A stretch of 64,000 bases of DNA from Macrostomum lignano (taxonomy: Eukaryota), in assembly GCA_002269645.1 (NCBI GenBank), contig NIVC01003291.1, positions 42,254-106,253 on the forward strand. Direction: 5' to 3'. The notes under the pieces are model-generated. The model saw only the letters and a list, made by a program, of their open reading frames with translations, was not told where the DNA came from and did no database searches. The position numbers were made by a program, and so were the translations under genes. Below are positions 48,301-61,610 of the stretch, one piece after another (the first letter of the stretch is position 1; each line of letters begins with the position of its first letter).

Positions 48301-50237
48301 CTCTCATAATGTATCTACTTAAGTCTCCAGATTCTCCCAACCTGATCAAATCCCCGATATGTCCTAAACCAATCGAATCCCCAAAATCTCCCAAATCTAC
48401 TCGAATCCCCAAAATCTCCCAATCTACTCGATTCCTCAAAATCTCCCAAATCTATTCTAATCCCCAGAATCTCCCAAATCTACTCGAATCCATAGAATCT
48501 CCCAGTCTACTCGATTCCTCAAAATCTCCCAAATCTTTTCGAATCCCCAAAATCTCCCAAATCTACTCGAATCCCCAAAATCTCCCAGTCTACTCGATTC
48601 CTCAAAATCTCCCAAATCTATTCTAATCCCCAGAATCTCCCAAATCTACCCGAATCCCCAGAATCTCCCAAATCTATTCGAATCCCCAAAATCTCCCAAA
48701 TCTATTCGAATCCCCAAATCTCCCAAATCTACTAGAATCATCAAAATCTCCCAAATCTACTGGAATCATCAAAATCTCCCAAATCTACTGGAATCATCAA
48801 AATCTCCCAAATCTACTCAAATCCCTAAAATCTCCCAACTTGCTCTAATCCCCAAAAAATTACCGAATGGCCGGTCCAGACGCTTTCGACTTCGACCTGA
48901 TGGTGTCGACTTTGCAAGACGCCCGCATGGGCAAGCCGGTTCGAGTGGCCGAGTACGATCCCAGCTTGAGCTTGGCGGCTGCCCAGCAGCGGCACAGGGA
49001 GCTGGCTCTTGTCGATGTGCTGCTCGTGAAAGGCATTCTGCTATTCTATCAGCCCCGGCTGCGGGACCTGTTCGACGTTAAGCTGTTTGTGGACTGCGAC
49101 TCTGACACTCGGCTGGCCAGGTTTGGCTGTTTTATTTATTGGTCATGTTGCTGTTCGATAGTGTGTTGAGTGTCCATTGATTGTTGATTTGTGTTGTTTG
49201 TTGTTGATTTGTGTTGTTGGTTGTTGTTGATTTGTGTGGTGGTTGTTGTTGATTTGTGTTGGTTGTTGCTGATTTGTGTTGTTGATTGTTGCTGATTTGT
49301 GTTATTGGTTGTTGTTGATTTGTGTTGTTGGTTGTTGTTTATTTGTGTTGGTTATTGATCTGTGTTGGTTGTTGATTTGTGTTGGTTGTTGATTAACTTG
49401 ATTTGTGTTGGTTGTTGATTAACTTGATTTGTGTTGGTTGTTGATTAACTTGATTTGTGTTGGTTGTTGATTAACTTGATTTGTGTTGGTTGCTGATTTG
49501 TGTTGGTTGTTGATTTGTGTTGGTTGCTGATTTGTGTTGGTTGTTGATTTGTGTTGGTTGCTGATTTGTGTTGGTTGCTGTTGATTTGTGTTGTTGGTTG
49601 TTGTTTATTTGTGTTGGTTATTGATCTGTGTTGGTTGTTGATTTGTGTTGGTTGTTGATTAACTTGATTTGTGTTGGTTATTGATCTGTGTTGGTTTTTG
49701 ATTTGTGTTGATTGTTGATTAACTTGATTTGTGTTGATTGTTGATTTCTGTTGGCTGTTGATTTGTGTTGGTTGTTGATTTGCGTTTGTTGTTAATTGGT
49801 TGTTGATTTTCGATATTGACATTGGCTGCTGTAGATTACTGGTTGTTAATCTCTTCTGATTTTTGCTGTCTATTGGTAACTGAATTGTTGACTGGCGCTT
49901 GCTGTCCCCACTCGCCAATCCCCCCAGGCGAGTCCGCACGGACCTGGCCAGAGGCCGCAGCCTTGTGTCCACCCTGAACTACCATACCGAATTCGTGAAG
50001 CCGGCCTTCGAAGGCTTCTGCCTGCCGACAAAGAAGTACGCGGATTTGGTGCTGCCGCGCGGCCCGGAGAACCTGGTGGCCGTTGAGCTCATGGTGCCCC
50101 GCATTCGCGACTTCGTGGCCGAGGCCACCCAGGCGTCGCCAAGTAAGGTCGCAAGGCAGGGCCGCTCCAACGGCAAAACTGCCCGCCACCTGTCCGAGTC
50201 CGCGGCTGCACAGCCTCAGGTGTCCCGACCGCACTGA
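42360..50237 (+). CDS. UCK: Uridine-cytidine kinase family protein, 4 exons, 255 aa (active-site substitutions; possible pseudoenzyme)
   Basis: Exons 42360-42422, 47995-48148, 48880-49120, 49928-50237 with compatible phases. Motifs [13 protein letters not shown] (P-loop), [49 protein letters not shown], and C-terminal SRPH as in UCK1/2. Confidence 0.9.
43103..43424. mobile_element. hAT-type MITE (about 322 bp)
   Basis: TIRs CATACATGCGCAAC / GTTGCGCATGTATG; 8-bp flanks ATACCAGT / ATACTAGT (7/8 match). Confidence 0.7.
43713..45125 (-). mobile_element. Decayed Tc1/mariner (IS630-Tc1-mariner) transposon, DD41D (rosa-type) transposase pseudogene
   Basis: About 90-bp TIRs (C/TAGGGTGGTCCAGAAAGGTCTCC...CTTAAACTTTATT) flanked by TA. 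Transposase remnant 44111-44644 with FSDEAHF, QDGAPAH and [17 protein letters not shown], with 41 residues between the 2nd and 3rd Asp. In-frame stops before and after. Confidence 0.9.
45745..46200. repeat. 24-bp minisatellite (TAGTGCAATAATCCCTTTCTAAGC)n, UCK intron 1
   Basis: Direct reading. Confidence 0.9.
46985..47910. repeat. 23-bp minisatellite (GAGAGAATCTGCCCTTGGTTTCT)n with a longer variant unit, UCK intron 1
   Basis: Direct reading. Confidence 0.92.
48370..48850. repeat. About 28-bp minisatellite (CTCCCAAATCTATTCGAATCCCCAAAAT)n, UCK intron 2
   Basis: Direct reading. Confidence 0.88.
49170..49830. repeat. GT-rich degenerate repeat (GTTGATTTGTGTTG)n, UCK intron 3
   Basis: Direct reading; explains the N/Q-rich minus-strand ORF 49445-49972. 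Confidence 0.88.
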
Positions 50238-50340
50238 TTGGCCAGTCTGGGACACCCATCCATTGATTTTTATTGTGGCTGAGGTCAGAGCACAGATACT
50301 AGAATAACTAGATGGGCCTCTCAGCACATTTGCGTGTAAG

Positions 50341-50678
50341 CTACTTTCAGTTCAGTAGTAAGCTAAACAGAAGCATTTTAATGTATTTTTAAAGCCAAGG
50401 CTCATTGATTGGCTCTTACCCCCAGCTTAAATCCTCCAACCGCGCCTTTCCACACTACTCCCTCGCCCCACCCCAATTTTTATTGCCTTTCTCTGAATTC
50501 CAGCCTAAAGCTGCCATGTACATTTCAGTGGACTGGCTAATGTACATTATTGCTGAACCAATTAGCAAGTTGTGTGCGCCTGCAAGCTTGGGCTTCTAAA
50601 CTTATCAAAGTCAATTAAGCTGCCTTTATTTCCATAAAATAGCTTATGTATTCTTCTTTGCTACTGAACTGAAAGTAG
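50341..50678. repeat. Inverted-repeat element (18-bp perfect arms), possible MITE
   Basis: CTACTTTCAGTTCAGTAG at 50341 and its exact reverse complement at 50661; no clear TSD. Confidence 0.55.
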
Positions 50679-50759
50679 AAAGCTGATTTACTAAGTATTT
50701 ATGCCAGAGTGGCCATTCTAGTTATTTTAGTATCTGTGGGTCAGAGTTGACTGTCAGAT

Positions 50760-52055
50760 GAGGTCAGGTCAGGGTATTGACTGTCAGGTCAGGGTATTGA
50801 CTGTCAGGTCAGGGTATTGACTGTCAGGTCAGGGTATTGACTGTCAGGTCAGGGTATTGACTGTCAGGTTGGGGTTTTAACTGTCAGGTCAGGGTATTGA
50901 CTGTCAGGTTGGGGTTTTGCCTGTCAGGTCAGGGTATTGACTGTCAGGTTGGGGTTTTGACTGTCAGGTCAGGGTATTGACTGTCAGGTCAGGGTATCGA
51001 CTGTCAGGTCAGGGTATTGACTGTCAGGTCAGGGTTTTGACTGTCAGGTCAGGGTATTGACTGTCAGGTTGGGGTTTTGACTGTCAGGTCAGGGTATTGA
51101 CTGTCAGGTCAGGGTATCGACTGTCAGGCCAGGGTATTGACTGTCAGGCCAGGGTATTGACTGTCAGGTCAGGGTATTGACTGTCAGGTCAGGGTATTGA
51201 CTGTCAGGCCAGGGTATTGACTGTCAGGCCAGGGTATTGACTGTCAGGTCAGGGTATTGACTGTCAGGTCAGGGGACTCAGGGTATTGACTGTCAGGTCA
51301 GGGGACTCAGGGTATTGACTGTCAGGTCAGGGTATTGACTGTCAGGTCGGGGTATCGGCTGTCAGGTCGGGGTATTGACTGTCAGGTTGGGGTATTGACT
51401 GTCAGGTCAGGGGACTCAGGGTATTGACTGTCAGGTCAGGGTATCGACTGTCAGGTCAGGGGACTCAGGGTATTGACTGTCAGGTTGGGGTATTGACTGT
51501 CAGGTCGGGGTATTGACTGTCAGGTCAGGGTATTGACTGTCAGGTCGGGGTATCGGCTGTCAGGTCGGGGTATTGACTGTCAGGTCAGGGTATTGACTGT
51601 CAGGTCAGGGGACTCAGGGTATTGACTGTCAGGTCAGGGTATCGGCTGTCAGGTCAGGGGACTCAGGGTATTGACTGTCAGGTTGGGGTATTGACTGTCA
51701 GGTCGGGGTATTGACTGTCAGGTCAGGGTATTGACTGTCAGGTCAGGGGACTCAGGGTATTGACTGTCAGGTCAGGGTATTGACTGTCAGGTCAGGGGAC
51801 TCAGGGTATTGACTGTCAGGTCGGGGTATTGACTGTCAGGCAGGGTATTGACTGTCAGGTCAGGGTATTGACTGTCAGGTCGGGGTATTGACTGTCAGGT
51901 CAGGGTTTTGACTGTCAGGTCAGGGTATTAACTGTCACGTCAGGGTATTGACTGTCAGGTCAGGGTATTGACTGTCAGGTCAGGGTATTGACTGTCAGGC
52001 AGGGTATTGACTGTCAGGTCAGGGTATTGACTGTCAGGTCGGGTATTGACTGTTA
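50760..52055. repeat. 20-bp minisatellite (CTGTCAGGTCAGGGTATTGA)n
   Basis: About 60 copies. Confidence 0.95.
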
Positions 52056-52487
52056 GGTGAGGTTAGGGTGATGAGTGCGATAGCAGTGCAATGTGCCATG
52101 TTAATTTTCTGGATTTTCCGGGTTTTATCATTTTTAATACGCTACTTTCAGTAGACAGTATTGCGCAAACGATTTTATTTTAATCATTGCAGTCATCAAT
52201 TTTTCAAGCTGCGATTTTTTCGTCAATTTGTGAGTCATGTGAAATGAAAATATTATTTATTAACTGTTTATTGGGCTGCGTCCAGCTGCCAGACGTCTAT
52301 TTTGCACGTTGCCATTGCCATCCAGAATGAAACTTGTCAATAAATACTCGCTGCCATCGCTGAGCTGCGGCTCAAGCTGTGGCTGAGCTGTGGGTTCCTG
52401 ACGCAAGGGGTTGCATTTGGAAATTATTTTCACTCGCTTTCTTATTAATCATTTACTTTTATTACTATTATATATGATTTATATATG

Positions 52488-53730
<1,243 letters not shown>

Positions 53731-54114
53731 CGAGATATCAATCTATATATTCTCCCGGCTCCATTAGCGGTGAGCCTGAAAACTGAAATGCCGAATTTCA
53801 GTCTTTCGTTTTAAAGATGTTATGTTCTGAGTAGCTAATTAAGAAATAAAGTTGAGATGAAAGTTCCCTCATAGTCTGTCAATGTGAGACAAATTCCAGT
53901 TTTTAGAAATAATACGAGCTGAGTTTCTATTAATAGAAACAGCCATCGGCATTCCAGTTTTTCTCTGCAATGAATTGTTTTTTCTCGAACAAGAGGAAGG
54001 CTATTGGTACATCTTAGTGAAGCTGTTTGCGTTTCTACTTTATGTTTATGTTTTTCTTTTCTGTCTGTTTTTGAGCCAGAAGTGTCATCACAACCAAGCT
54101 TAGTGAGCTTAGTA

Positions 54115-54875
54115 TTTCATAAAACTCGAGCTCATGAACTCAACAGTGTCATAAAATCCAAGCTTATAAACTCAACAGTGCCATAAAATCCAAGCTGCAT
54201 AAACTTAACAGTGTCATAAAATCCAAGCTCATGAACTCAACAGTGTCATAAAACCCTAGCTCATGAACTCAACAGTGTCATAAAACTCAAGCTTATAAAC
54301 TCAACAGTGTCATAAAACCCAAGCTGCATGAACTCAACAGTGTCATAAAACCCAAGCTCATGAACTCAACAGTGTCATAAAACCCAAGCTTATAAACTCA
54401 ACAGTGTCATAAAACCCAAGCTGCATGAACTCAACAGTGTCATAAAACCCAAGCTCATGAACTCAACAGTGTCATAAAACCCAAGCTCATGAACTCAACA
54501 GTGTCATAAAACCCAAGCTTATAAACTCAACAGTGTCATAAAACCCAAGCTGCATGAACTCAACAGTGTCATAAAACCCAAGCTCATGAACTCAACAGTG
54601 TCATAAAACCCAAGCTTATAAACTCAACAGTGCCATAAAACCCAAGCTCATGAACTCAACAGTGTCATAAAACCCTAGCTCATGAACTCAACAGTGTCAT
54701 AAAACCCAAGCTTATAAACTCAACAGTGTCGTAAAACCCAAGCTTATAAACTCAACAGTGTCATAAAACCCAAGCTGCATGAACTCAACAGTGTCATAAA
54801 ACCCAAGCTCATGAACTCAACAGTGTCATAAAACTCAAGCTTATAAACTCAATAGTGTCATAAAACCCAAGCTTC
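54115..54875. repeat. 32/33-bp minisatellite (AACTCAACAGTGTCATAAAACCCAAGCTCATG)n
   Basis: About 23 copies. Confidence 0.93.
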
Positions 54876-55946
54876 TTGAACCCTAGGATGCCACTATGAC
54901 GTAAGCGTAAGCAAAACATTCAGTGTCAATCAGTTAAAATTGATAAACAGGATATTTTGAATTCTTAAAACTATCAGCTCACAATGGGGCGCAATGATGC
55001 CCCATCATACGCCTGCGTATTCAATGGTGTCTGGGCCAGCAACTAGCCATGGTAACAGTTATTAGCATTGCCAAAACTGTTTTGTTTACACTTGATCAGT
55101 CTGTATATGCAGTAGATATGGAATTAGTTTATATAATACTTATCTAGTAAGCTACCTAGCGCTCTCTAATGAACCCATTGCGTTATCGTGTATGCCGTTA
55201 AAAGATTAGACTATATATAATAATGTGACTATCTGTTTCCGCCTTGCTTTCCTGTGCAGATTGGGCTTCTTAATTTGGCCGAAGGGGGGGGGGGGTTGTG
55301 GTGGCGGCGGCTACTTTCAGTGTTGAGTCAACGCACTCTGTATGTGCGTGTGTAAATCGTTGAATATTTCCTATTGCATTGCGTAACGGCAGAACTTCTA
55401 GCTAAGAGGGCGTGAGATATTGAAGCACTGCTAACGCCTGCGGCTGGGGAGGGGGCGGTCTTGACACTGTGACACTGACAGAGCCGCTGCACGTTGCAGC
55501 TCGAAATCTGTTTATTATAATTAATGGCAGGTGCGCCATTGTCTTTTTATCTATCTACGACTATATAAGTGGTCGGCAGGCTTATTTACTTCAAGGGCCA
55601 GATAAAGAAGATAGCTTATGGCTGCGGCCCAGGTTGGAGAGGAAAGGGGAGTCGAAGAAGAGGAAAGATGAGATGAGAGAAGATAACAGGAGAGGAGAGG
55701 AAATAATTTAGAGAAGATGGGATGCGATGCGATATGAAAGGAGGGTAGAGATCCCGAGAGAAGAGAGATAAAGGAGAGGGGAGAAGAGAGAGAATAGGGG
55801 AGAGAAGATGGGACAGAGAGGAGAGGGGAGAAAAGAGAGAAGAAAAGGGGTGAGGGGAGTAGGGATGTCGATCCCCGGGGGAATTTTCTTATCGGGGACC
55901 CCGGGGAATTTACTGCCATTCCGCGGGGACCCCAGGGAAAACAAGA

Positions 55947-56069
55947 ATCATAAACCCGAAAAATCACAAACCTGAAATATCAAAACTACAAAAACTAACA
56001 TTAAGCGTTGGGCACAGTTACTACTAGCTTTCTAGCAGTTTCGGAGTTGTGATTTTTCGGGTTCGTGAT
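55947..56069. repeat. Short imperfect inverted repeat (hairpin/MITE remnant)
   Basis: ATCATAAACCCGAAAAATCACAA versus TTGTGATTTTTCGGGTTCGTGAT (21/23 complementary). Confidence 0.55.
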
Positions 56070-56479
56070 GCCCCCCCCCCACGAGCCGGCTTGCTATTGT
56101 GAAGTTTCAAAGGACCCGAAGGCCGGATTAGAGAGGCCACCCAATTGATGCAATTTACTCACGCCTGAGATTGAATAGTGGTCAGTCAAATTGATGAACT
56201 GCTTGTAAACAAACAAAGCTTATCTTCTTATTGAATCTTCTTATCGGCTCTGTTTTGATATCATAATTTATAATCGGTTTGTCACTTGGCTTTCACTCGC
56301 TTTTATGCGCAGCTTTATATAAATTATTATTAATAGACAAAATGTTACTGAAGAAATAAACAGACAAATCAAAAGTCAAATCATTTCCCGGAAATTCAAC
56401 TTAGATTTATAAAGCTTTTAATCTTATCAAAACTAAGTTTATTCAGCAATAAACAACTTTTCTTCATCGCTGTAAATGT

Positions 56480-57425
56480 CCATTCTCCAGGTGAGATTCT
56501 CTGTGAGACGATCTTCTCTTCACTGCAAATCTCCATGTGAGATTCTCTGTGAGACGAACTTCTCTCCACTGTAAATCTCCAGGTGAGATTCTCTGTGAGA
56601 CGATCTTCTCTCCACTGCAAATCTCCAGGTGAGATTCTCTGTGAGACGAACTTCTCTCCACTGTAAATCTCCAGGTGAGATTCTCTGTGAGACGATCTTC
56701 ACTCCACTGCAAATCTCCAGGTGAGATTCTCTGTGAGACGATCTTCTCTCCACTGCAAATCTCCAGGTGAGATTCTCTGTGAGACGATCTTCTCTCCATT
56801 GCAAATCTCCAGGTGAGATTCTCTGTGAGACGATCTTCTCTCCACTGCAAATCTCCAGGTGAGATTCTCTGTGAGACGATCTTCTCTCTACTGCAAATCT
56901 CCAGGTGAGATTCTCTGTGAGACGATCTTCTCTCTACTGCAAATCTCCAGGTGAGATTCTCTGTGAGACGATCTTCTCTCTACTGCAAATCTCCAGGTGA
57001 GATTCTCTGTGAGACGATCTTCTCTCTACTGCAAATCTCCAGGTGAGATTCCCTGTGAGACGATCTTCTCTCCACTGCAAATCTCCAGGTGAGATTCTCT
57101 GTGAGACGATCTTCTCTCCACTGCAAATCTCCAGGTGAGATTCTCTGTGAGACGATCTTCTCTCTACTGCAAATCTCCAGGTGAGATTCTCTGTGAGACG
57201 ATCTTCTCTCTACTGCAAATCTCCAGGTGAGATTCTCTGTGAGACAATCTTCTCTCCACTGCAAATCTCCAGGTGAGATTCTCTGTGAGACGATCTTCTC
57301 TCCACTGCAAATCTCCAGGTGAGATTCTCTGTGAGACGATCTTCTCTCTACTGCAAATCTCCAGGTGAGATTCTCTGTGAGACGATCTTCTCTCCACTTC
57401 AAATCTCCAGGTGAGATTCTCTGTG
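56480..57425. repeat. 46-bp minisatellite (CTCCAGGTGAGATTCTCTGTGAGACGATCTTCTCTCCACTGCAAAT)n
   Basis: About 20 copies. Confidence 0.95.
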
Positions 57426-58231
57426 GAGAAGATATGTGAGACATTTGAGTCATTCCAAATGCTTCCAAATTGTATGTACCGGAATATGAAAGGTGGCTTG
57501 TGTTTGTTTTAATGCTATATAAATTATAAAATTCATAAACATAACCTATATGATTACCACGAGTCCCGAGCATATTATGCTGCATCCAGCATGCACCTGG
57601 GTCTTAAAAATTCCCACGAAAAACGCATTAGAGACCAAAAGCCATTGTATAATGTAAATAGAGCTCGTTATACTTTATGTTCTGCAGCTTTCAGGGTCCA
57701 TTCTAATAGCCCGAACGGAATTCCGCTTCTCGTATCCTCTTTTTTGATTCTTTGTCAGGCGGTGGAGGGGACGCATTAAAACTAGAAACTGGAGAGCCAA
57801 CTATTGTTAGTGGATTCGAGTTTGAGTTTTTCCGAATATATATATACTTTATGCCAAAATTCATCACAAAACCTAAAGTTACATAGACTTCATCATTTTT
57901 AAAAATGCGCTTCTTAAAAAAGAAAGGTCTAGTGGAAGGGCTCTCCAGGCTCTGGTTATATGGCTCCTTGGAATTGTGAGAATTGAAGAATTAGGAATCG
58001 GCTCACCAGACAGAAATTTGGCTCCAGGACAATTGCGTCAGTTCTGTGTGACCTTATCTTTTCCTGTCTGCGAACACTGTGAAGAGACCGAGTTGTTTGT
58101 TGCAGAGTTGCAGAACTCTTTTTATTCCTTTTTCGATATGCATATTTTAGATGCTCCAAGCCTGTGTTTTTTATTTCCAAACTGTGATGAAATTCTAACG
58201 AATTCTGTAGCAGTGAAATTTGATCATAGGC

Positions 58232-59098
58232 CAAGGTGGTCAGGGGGTCAGCTACTGAGGTGGTCAGGGGGTCAGCTACTGAGGTGGTCAGGGGGTCAGC
58301 TACTGAGGTTGTCAAAGGGGGTCAGCTATTGAGGTGGTCAAAGGGGGTCAGCTACTGAGGTGGTCAAAGGGGAGCTACATGTACTGAGGTGGTCAGGGGG
58401 TCAGCTACTGAGGTGGTCAAAATGGGTCAGCTACTGAGAGGTGGTCAAAGGGGGTCAGCTACTGAGGTTGTCAAAGGGGGTCAGCTATTGAGGTGGTCAA
58501 AGGGGGTCAACTACTGAGGTGGTCAGAGGGGGTCAGCTACTGAGGTGGTCAGAGGGGGTCAGCTACTGAGGTGGTCAGAGGGGGTCAGCTACTGAGGTGG
58601 TCAGAGGGGGTCAACTACTGAGGTGGTCAGAGGGGGTCAGCTACTGAGGTGGTCAAAAGGGGTCAACTACTGAGGTGGTCAGAGGGGATCAGCTACTGAG
58701 GTGGTCAGAGGGGGTCAGCTACTTAGGTGGTCAGGGGGGGGGTCAACTACTGAGGTGGTCAGAGGGGGCAGCTACTTAGGTGGTCAGGGGGGTCAACTAC
58801 TGAGGTGGTCAGAGGGGGTCAGCTACTGAGGTGGTCAAAAGGGGTCAACTACTGAGGTGGTCAGAGGGGGTCAGCTACTGAGGTGGTCAAAAGGGGTCAA
58901 CTACTGAGGTGATCAGAGGGGGTCAGCTACTTAGGTGGTCAGGGGGGGGTCAACTACTGAGGTGGTCAGAGGGGGTCAGCTACTGAGGTGGTCAGGGGGG
59001 GTCAACTACTGAGGTGGTCAGAGGGGGTCAGCTACTGAGGTGGTCAGGGGGGGGTCAACTACTGAGGTGGTCAGAGGGGGTCAGCTACTGAGTTGGTC
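58232..59098. repeat. 25-26-bp minisatellite (GAGGTGGTCAGAGGGGGTCAGCTACT)n
   Basis: Direct reading. Confidence 0.93.
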
Positions 59099-60003
59099 AA
59101 ATATTTTGAATAGTTTTCATCGGAGTATTTGATTTTGTGCATTAAAATTTGTAAATAACAAAATCAAAATCAAAATGGGCACTGGCCACCCCGTGTGAGT
59201 CAGTCACGTGATGAGCACGATGAAATGACGAATCTGCACGAAGGCTATTATCCATCTGCACACTGTTTATTACTCATACAGAATAGTGAGGGGCGGCGGC
59301 ATTATGCATTGAAGTTCAGCAGTTTGCAGGTGCATTATACAATGGGTCCCATTCTTATGGCCAGGTATTATCAGTCAGTCAGTAAGTTACAGTCACAACC
59401 AGCAGCTGCTGCAGGTAGAGAGAGGGGCTATCTAAGAGATATGGTGGAAGTGAGTCGTGCGTGGCGGGGCCTTCTGGGCTGAAGCGGTTGCATCACCTGC
59501 CCTGCCACCCCAACCCCCTCCTCCAGCCCGCATTTCGATATGAATATATAGAACAGGCGGAAGCCTGCCCACACTCATTCGCATTCGATTCACTCTGGCT
59601 TTATATCTCGCCTATAGTCAAAGCTTGAGCAGTGAGTGCTGTGCCTTTTATCCTTGCTAACTCTCTCGTGCTGTCTCTCGGCTCTATCAACTCAACCCCA
59701 GCTCAGCAACAAGACCAAATCTGTTACCGAGGCGGACTGCTCTCTCTCCAATCCTATATTACCCCTGATATTTGAGTGGCCCCCACCGTCAGCGGCTCAG
59801 AGGTTGTAAATAAAAATAAAAACGAGCCACTGCAAGCCTCGCGCGCTCTCTCATTGGTCCCACCTCCGCCCCAGTCCCGTGCCGAGCCTTCAAATAGCCA
59901 AGACTAAACCTCTGAGCTCACAGCGAAACAGCAGTTTGTAACAGCCAGGTTCCTCCTTTGTTGTTGCGCAGCTGAATTCCAAGTTGACTGACTGCCTGCA
60001 GAC

Positions 60004-60457
60004 ATGTACGTACAGGCGCCAGTAATGCACCAGCACCCAGGCCAGCTGCCAATGCCTCATCATCTGCCGCCGCCGCCGCCGCATCATCGCATGCCGCCGC
60101 CGCCGCCTCAGTTCTTCCAGCCTCCGCCGCCAACAGCAGCGAACAATGCGATGCTGCATCCGGACTCGCCGTGCTCGTCTGGCGCTTCGAGTCAGGTGAA
60201 CAAAAATGATTTGTATCTGTGTGGAATTTCATTTTCAAATTCAGTCATGTAAGATGTGAACTAGGAGCTACAAGGTCCTAGACCCGGTTCAATGAATAAT
60301 CTTGAATATTTTTCTTTCCGTGAAATTTCTGCCTAAAATCCTTGCCTGACATTAATTGACGATTCAAAATTGGCAAATGTTTAATCCTCAGCCATCGCCA
60401 ACAAGAACCCCGCCGCTGATGGCCGGAACAAGCTTCTACCTGCCAATGCCGATATTT

Positions 60458-60488
<31 letters not shown>

Positions 60489-61039
60489 CTCAACAGACAA
60501 CTGTCGAGTCTGGCTACGCATCCCAGCCTGGCAGCCTGCCAAACTCGCCAGTGAGCTCGGCCAATATTGAGCAGCAGCAGCAGCAGCAGCAGCAGCAGTC
60601 GGCGGTGCCTCTCGCTGACCAGCTGAACGCGGCCGGCCTCCTTATGCAGCCGCCTGTGCAGCAACTGATGCTTCCGTCATTCGGTCCACTGCCGATGCAG
60701 TTTGCAGCAGCTGCCGCTGCCGCTGCCGCTGCCGCCTCTGGCTGTGCCGGCGGTCCGCAGTTCCCGCCGGCGTCACTGCCTCTGCCGCCGCCACCGCATT
60801 TACCACATCAACTGCTGCTCCCCCCGCCGCCGCCGCCGCCGGTTTCGTCGACTGCGGCATCTTGTTCTCCGGCGCAGGCCGCCGCCGCGGCTGCCGCCTT
60901 TCTGCAGCAGCAGCAACAACAGCAACACCAGCTCATGGGCTGCCCCGTGTTTGAGCAGGACCTCCCGGATTCGTGCAGACTTCACACCGCTGCAGCCTTC
61001 AGAGCCTATAATTTCGGCAGCCATGTACCGCCATTCGAC
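60004..61039 (+). CDS. 5' part of an unidentified gene with a Pro/Gln/Ala-rich low-complexity N-terminus (continues beyond the window)
   Basis: Exon 60004-60195 (ATG; donor CAG|GTGAAC) and exon 60392-61039 (acceptor TCCTCAG; donor GAC|GTAAGT), both phase 0, with GC3-rich codons like the other genes. No recognisable domain within the window. Confidence 0.7.
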
Positions 61040-61109
61040 GTAAGTTCCCTCTGTACTTTGTTATTCACATTCGACCTCTTAGTAGTGAATACCTCTAGTT
61101 CAAGTACTA

Positions 61110-61610
61110 GCATCGGGTGTACAGGGTCTCTGAGAATTAGGCATCGGGTGTACAGGGTCTCTGGGCATTAGGCATCAGGTGTACAGGGTCTCTGAGCAAT
61201 AGGCATCGGGTATACAGGGTCTCTGAGCATTAGGCATCGGGTGTACAGGGTCTCTGAGAATCAGGGGCGTAGCCAAGGAGGGGTCATGGGGGTCATGACC
61301 CCCCCCAGCCGGCTGATCCAGGCCTAATTTTCAGGCCTCCTCCTTGCCCCCCCCCCTGCCCCGGTTGCCGCTGTGAGCCTGTGACTGACTGTGACCCCCC
61401 CCCCCCTAGAAGAAAATCCTGGCTACGCCACTGCTGTGAATTAGGCATCCGGTGTACAGGGTCTCTGAGCATTAGGCATCGGGTGTACAGGGTCTCTGAG
61501 CATTGGGCATCAGATGTACAGGGTCTCTGAGCATTAGGCATCGGTGTACAGGGTCTCTGAGCATTGGGCATCGGGTGTACAGGGTCTCTGAGCATTGGGC
61601 ATCGGGTAAC
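61110..61610. repeat. 31-bp minisatellite (GGGTGTACAGGGTCTCTGAGCATTAGGCATC)n interrupted by a MITE
   Basis: Direct reading. Confidence 0.9.
61262..61433. mobile_element. hAT-type MITE (172 bp)
   Basis: TIRs CAGGGGCGTAGCCA / TGGCTACGCCACTG (1 mismatch); TSD CTGAGAAT / CTGTGAAT (7/8). Confidence 0.82.

Noticed and set aside
56396-57585. Repeated MQWREDRLTENLTWRF ORFs
   Set aside because: Translations of the 46-bp minisatellite.
60278-61043. Overlapping alternative-frame and antisense ORFs around the P/Q-rich gene (likewise 38688-39469 around FoxP)
   Set aside because: Shadow ORFs of GC-rich trinucleotide-repeat exons; splice sites and codon bias support only one frame.
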